This document shows positions 59,637 through 64,000 of a stretch of 64,000 nucleotides of DNA, in pieces. The stretch's first letter is position 1. The number at the start of each line of letters is the position of its first letter. Position numbers and translations under genes: made by a program. The DNA is from Candidatus Bathyarchaeota archaeon (lineage in GTDB: Archaea; Thermoproteota; Bathyarchaeia; Bathyarchaeales; Bathycorpusculaceae), in contig CAWHSD010000016.1 of the NCBI GenBank assembly GCA_963831895.1, positions 62,638-126,637 of the forward strand, read 5' to 3'. The notes beneath the pieces were generated by a model. That model saw nothing but the letters and a program-made list of their open reading frames with translations. It did not search any database and was not told the origin of the DNA.

Positions 59637-59971
59637 TAGAATTTTTTCACATCATATATAAATGTTGACAAACTTCTTACGCAAAGTTGAAGGTACAACA
59701 CTTATGCACTATAGTGTTTTGAATCATTCAATACGTTGCTGTAAAACGTCTTGTTGATTCTATTTCTTTATTGATTCTTTCATAGTCTTAAATTCTGAGT
59801 TACTGTTGACTATCTCATCTCCACTTTTAAAAGTGAACACCATATTTTGTAAAAGGATGAGAGTATTATTTTTCAGTGGATCGAAGTTACTTTAAGGTAC
59901 AATTGGACAAGAATTTCAAATAGGAACTTTTAAGAGAAAAAACTTCTTTTAAACATGCTGGAACCTCAAAA

Positions 59972-61330
59972 ATGACGATACAAATGCTAAACGAAGTAGA
60001 GCAAGAAATTACTCGTTTCCTAAGCGATTTAATCCGAATAGACACTACAAACCCGCCTGGAAAAGAAACAGCTGCAGCTACCTTCATAGCGCAATATCTT
60101 GCCAACGAAGGCTTAACATCTGAAATTATCGAGTCAGCTCCAGGTAGAGGTAGCCTTGTTAGTCGTCTAAAGGGGTCAGGTGAAAAATCTAATTTGCTTT
60201 TGCTTTCACACCTTGACGTTGTTGCAGCTAACCCTGCTGAATGGAGCGTTGACCCGTTTGCTGGCACAGTAAAAGACGGCTATGTCTACGGTAGAGGGGC
60301 ATATGACATGAAAGGCATGACCGCTATCGAAGTGTTCACTCTCATTTTGCTCAAAAGAAATAATATCCCATTGAAAGGCGACATTGTTCTTGCATCAACG
60401 GCTGACGAAGAAAAAGGCGGAGAAGAAGGCGCGGGCTACTTACTGAAGAATTATAAAGAAAAAGTTTGGTGCCCCTATGTCCTAAACGAGGGTGGAGGAT
60501 TAGCTATCCCTCAGAAAAAAGGCAACGTTTATCCTGTGCAGACGGCTGAAAAAGGTATTTTATGGTTTAAAATAAAAGCCAAAGGCACCCCAGGACATGG
60601 CTCTACACCAAACACAGCTGACAACGCCATAGTCCGCATGAACAAAGTCATAACTAAACTTGGAGAGTACCAGCCTGAGACAGTGTATGTGCCAACTCTA
60701 CGGCAGTTTTTAGCAGAGATATCAAAAATTAACCCTGAACTTGAAGTTGATTTTTCACGTTTGCTAAACAATCCTAAACTGAGTGAAGAAATTCTTGACG
60801 AATTAGCTAAAACAAACAAGGCTTTAGCTGAAGAAATCAGACCAAGAACTAAAACGACCATTACTCCAACCATAATTCGTGGTGGTGTAAAAGAGAATAT
60901 CATTCCTTCTGAATGTGAAGCAGTTTTCGATTGTCGTGTCTTGCCGGGTCAGAGTGTAAATGATACACTTAGTTTAATCAAAAACTTACTAAAGGATGAG
61001 GGTATGGACAAGCTAAGTTTTGAAATCATACAGATACATGACGGTAACGAATCCACTACTCAAACGCCCCTCTACAGCACCATATCGAACGTTCTAAAAG
61101 AATTTGAACCAAACTGCGGAATAACCCCAACATTAACTACAGGTGGAACGGATTCACGCTTTTTTAGAGAAACAGGCAGCATATGTTACGGTTTCCACCC
61201 AATGCTGCCAGATGAGCCAAACGATCTGCTCGAAAAGCGCATGCACGGCATTGACGAGCGCATAACGATTAAAAACCTTGTTTTTGGAACAAGCATCTTA
61301 TACGAGACTGTGAAACTGTTTTTGACTTAA
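59972..61330 (+). CDS. M20-family metallopeptidase/deacylase
   Basis: HLDVV, GRGAYDMKG, ADEE, NEGG, GHGS, GGTD, HGIDERI. Confidence 0.93.
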   Translation: MTIQMLNEVEQEITRFLSDLIRIDTTNPPGKETAAATFIAQYLANEGLTSEIIESAPGRGSLVSRLKGSGEKSNLLLLSHLDVVAANPAEWSVDPFAGTVKDGYVYGRGAYDMKGMTAIEVFTLILLKRNNIPLKGDIVLASTADEEKGGEEGAGYLLKNYKEKVWCPYVLNEGGGLAIPQKKGNVYPVQTAEKGILWFKIKAKGTPGHGSTPNTADNAIVRMNKVITKLGEYQPETVYVPTLRQFLAEISKINPELEVDFSRLLNNPKLSEEILDELAKTNKALAEEIRPRTKTTITPTIIRGGVKENIIPSECEAVFDCRVLPGQSVNDTLSLIKNLLKDEGMDKLSFEIIQIHDGNESTTQTPLYSTISNVLKEFEPNCGITPTLTTGGTDSRFFRETGSICYGFHPMLPDEPNDLLEKRMHGIDERITIKNLVFGTSILYETVKLFLT

Positions 61331-61429
61331 GCCTGGTCATCGTTTTTGTTTTTTCTATCCGTTTAACTTTTATTGCTATTTACCCCATTTCATTAGCAAA
61401 GACTCGCCTGATAGAGAGGCAACCTAAAA

Positions 61430-61972
61430 ATGTTCATTGGACAAGCGTTAGTAAACAAAGAGCCCCCCAACCTCGAAGTGGCAAAAACCGTCGGAGTAAT
61501 TTCTGATACGCACGTGCCCAAGAGAGCAAGGTGCATTCCTAAGCGGGTTTTTGAAATCTTTGAAGGCGTCGACTATATCATTCATGCAGGCGATTTTGTA
61601 GAGTTGGCAGTGATAGATGAATTGGAGCAGATCGCGCCTGTTTTAGCAGTTCGAGGCAACTCAGATGGCTTTGACGTTGTCAATGCATTGCCAAAGCTTA
61701 ACTCGCTAAAAGTCTTTGATTGGAAGATCGGCGTCATGCATGACCAAAATATTCTCGAAGAATTAGATTCGATGGGTGAAATCGCTAATTCAAAGGGGTT
61801 TGACGTTTACGTTTATGGACACACGCATATTGCTGACATAAAATGGAAAGGCAAAGTCCTTTACATTAACCCAGGGAGCCCAACTGACCCGCCGTCTGTC
61901 ATGGGTAAACCTTCGGTAGGATTGTTAAAAATCACCAAAAAAACAATCACGGCGCAAATAGTCGAGTTTTAA
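61430..61972 (+). CDS. YfcE/MJ0936-type metallophosphoesterase
   Basis: SDTH, HAGD, GNSD, GHTH, NPGS. Confidence 0.92.
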   Translation: MFIGQALVNKEPPNLEVAKTVGVISDTHVPKRARCIPKRVFEIFEGVDYIIHAGDFVELAVIDELEQIAPVLAVRGNSDGFDVVNALPKLNSLKVFDWKIGVMHDQNILEELDSMGEIANSKGFDVYVYGHTHIADIKWKGKVLYINPGSPTDPPSVMGKPSVGLLKITKKTITAQIVEF

Positions 61973-62436
61973 CTTACCAAAACGGCTCCATAAAAAAGTA
62001 AGTAAAGAACAATTCCTAAAATTAAAGCAGAAATCCAAGCGGTAATGGTGATACGCATGATTGACTTTCTTTTAAAGCATCCCGTGAACTCTTTGCTAAA
62101 GTGCCAAGCAGCAACCAGCCAACCACCTAAGATCATTACTAAAATTCCTGCAATTCCATGAAGAAGACCGATTATTGATATTAACTCTAGTGGAAACGGA
62201 ATAATATAAGATGGAACAACCGCAATGGCAAAAGAAGGAATCATAATTGCAAAAATCATTATCAAATGCAAAACCAGTGCCACTGCCATTGTCATTCCAT
62301 GTTGATGAAATTTCAACTTCTTCTTTAATAAGTAACCGAACAGAAGCAGAAACAAAACAATAACTTGAATAATCAAACTTGCAGTAGCAATAAGCGCATA
62401 CGGGTCAGATAATAGAGCCATAACTTCACAGATCAA
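61969..62436 (-). CDS. 4-TM membrane protein with conserved His (DUF420-like)
   Basis: HG..M..A..LH, HG..G; four TM. Confidence 0.6.
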   Translation of the reverse strand: MICEVMALLSDPYALIATASLIIQVIVLFLLLFGYLLKKKLKFHQHGMTMAVALVLHLIMIFAIMIPSFAIAVVPSYIIPFPLELISIIGLLHGIAGILVMILGGWLVAAWHFSKEFTGCFKRKSIMRITITAWISALILGIVLYLLFYGAVLVS

Positions 62437-62559
62437 TATTCTCAGCCTTTACGTATAAAGTTTTTCACTTTCACTCAACCCTCTCCAGAATCAAACATTA
62501 GTTTGTACAATTGCCTTAAAAGCAAAAAGCAATTAACAGAAGGTTTGAAGGCAAAAAGA

Positions 62560-62697
62560 ATGGAACATTGTAAAAATCCCTGGAAAGAAGCCTGCAAAAG
62601 CGAAAATATAAAACTTTACATTCAAGTAAAAGGCGAAAACCTGCCTATCTGTCAACAATGCTGGAGCAAAATTGCCGACCAAGAAGAGGTCTGGTAA
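62560..62697 (+). CDS. Small Cys-rich (zinc-finger-like) protein
   Basis: C.NPW...C ... PICQQCW. Confidence 0.6.
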   Translation: MEHCKNPWKEACKSENIKLYIQVKGENLPICQQCWSKIADQEEVW

Positions 62698-62698
62698 A

Positions 62699-62938
62699 AT
62701 GGAAATCTTTAGCGCTAATAATGCAAGATCATTCATTGGAAGAAACGTTAACCTTCACCTAAAAGACGGGGCAGTAATAATAAACGTCCAATTAACAAAA
62801 CTTTTTAAAGGTGCAGGAAAAAACAACAATCAAATAGAATATTCATTAAATGGGAATCAAAGGGCTACTCGTGTTCCGCTTAAAAACATTGCATGGGCAG
62901 AGATGCTTAACTTAAGCATAATGGAAAACACAGCTTAA
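62699..62938 (+). CDS. Small Sm/Lsm-like beta-barrel protein
   Basis: FIGRNVNLHLKDG..I ... RVPLKNI; translationally coupled to the preceding ORF. Confidence 0.55.
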   Translation: MEIFSANNARSFIGRNVNLHLKDGAVIINVQLTKLFKGAGKNNNQIEYSLNGNQRATRVPLKNIAWAEMLNLSIMENTA

Positions 62939-62992
62939 AAATCTTGAACTATTTATAAAACACATATATTTGCCGTAATATTTTCACAGTTT

Positions 62993-63373
62993 ATGCGTTG
63001 CTCAAACTGCGGAGTATGTTGTACTGAAACGGAGATGCTGCTCTCTAAAAAAGATATCAAACGTTTAGAGAAGAGTGGTTTCAGCCAAAACCAATTTGTG
63101 ATATTTGATAATTCTGGGTACGCTCAACTAAAAAACCGCGAGGGTTATTGCTTCTTCTATGATCGATTAAATCATCAGTGCAGTGTTTACATTGATCGAC
63201 CAGCTGGTTGCAGAGTTTACCCTGTTATTCTTGATGAGGAAACAGGAATAATTTTAGATAGTATTTGCGAGTCGCGTAAGTCGATTACTCAGTCTGAGAA
63301 AAACCTAAAGGGCAAAAGAGTAATCAAGCTTCTGGAGATAATTGATTTTGAAGCATGTGAAAGGTGTAAGTAG
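62993..63373 (+). CDS. YkgJ-family (CxxCxxCC) cysteine-cluster protein
   Basis: CSNCGVCC, CFF, C.VY..RP.GCR.YP. Confidence 0.9.
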   Translation: MRCSNCGVCCTETEMLLSKKDIKRLEKSGFSQNQFVIFDNSGYAQLKNREGYCFFYDRLNHQCSVYIDRPAGCRVYPVILDEETGIILDSICESRKSITQSEKNLKGKRVIKLLEIIDFEACERCK

Positions 63374-63561
63374 AACTTTCTTCATGATTTATTTGCAGAA
63401 TTAGATTGGTTACATTGCCAACATTTTACCGCTTTGTTTTTTTGAGAGCCTAAATCGCTTTGAGGCATCATATTTGTTCGTACCAGCTTACCGCAGGAAT
63501 CGCAGAAAAATTGTACTTCAGCAACTCGTTCATTGTATTATAGGATTTTTATAGGTAAAAT

Positions 63562-63708
63562 TTATTTTCCTGTCTTAGAAGCTTTTTCTTTTGTCATTAG
63601 ATACTCAATGTATTCTTTCATGTTAAGGTTAGCTTTCTTTGATTTTTTTCTTATTTCTTCATGAAGCTTCTCTTTGACTGTTATGCATTTGTATCCTTTT
63701 CGTGGCAA
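63562..63708 (-). CDS. Small ribbon-helix-helix (CopG-like) protein
   Basis: Manual translation MPRKGYKCITVKEKLHEEIRKKSKKANLNMKEYIEYLM...; GGAG upstream. Confidence 0.7.
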   Translation of the reverse strand: MPRKGYKCITVKEKLHEEIRKKSKKANLNMKEYIEYLMTKEKASKTGK

Positions 63709-63833
63709 AAGAACTGTCTCCTTCCGTACTTTACAGTACTTAGGAATATATAATTAGCGGTAAATCAGCGCCAACATTCTTAAACCTTAAATAAATGTAC
63801 GTTCGGTTACTATCAACAGAGGGGAATCATAAA

Positions 63834-64000
63834 ACGCCAAAAAAAGGCTACAAAAGCATCACTGTTAAGACTGAGGTTTACGATTATCTTTTTAAGGAAT
63901 GGCTCAAAGTCAAAGACGAGTATGCTATAAAAAAAGGCATTCACAGCTTTTCAGCATACATAACTTACCGTCTGGCTCAATTAATAAACAACGATAAAAA
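63834..64000 (+). CDS. Small RHH-like protein, ACG at the start position; runs off the window
   Basis: (ACG)PKKGYKSITVKTEVYDYL...SFSAYI; GAGGGG upstream. Confidence 0.55.

Noticed and set aside
206-62736. Numerous 60-170 aa antisense or out-of-frame ORFs in the track
   Set aside because: They overlap well-supported genes and have no recognisable motifs

Overview
64-kb archaeal chromosomal segment, most likely Bathyarchaeia (inference from the crenarchaeal-type SSB, a two-intron tRNA, class II HMG-CoA reductase, archaeal CCA enzyme, Trm1 and many TTG/GTG starts). Most of it is housekeeping: asnS, hisS, glnA, proC, pfkA, malic enzyme, aspartate kinase, nadA, mtnA, cca/thpR, trm1, endA, mscL, nikR with an ECF Ni/Co transporter, and tRNA-Tyr(GUA). 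The standout is a tightly linked locus at ~8.6-18.3 kb. It encodes a membrane-anchored CARDB-like surface protein, a DsbD_2/TauE-like membrane thiol protein, a NapH/MauN-like membrane polyferredoxin, a single-chain double-cubane-type reductase of the 2-hydroxyacyl-CoA dehydratase superfamily, a BzdP/BzdQ-like heterodimeric ATP-dependent electron activase and an Alvin-type ferredoxin. A PEF-CTERM surface protein and an exported Moco-domain protein flank it. Also found: an exact NikR operator, an archaeal DCD-domain protein, a dispersed non-coding element with 10-bp phased repeats, several unannotated gene remnants and small ORFs, candidate structured RNAs, and three +1 frameshifts that are probably assembly errors. 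No CRISPR array, rRNA, integrase or transposase was seen. All assignments come from motif recognition by eye; no searches were run.
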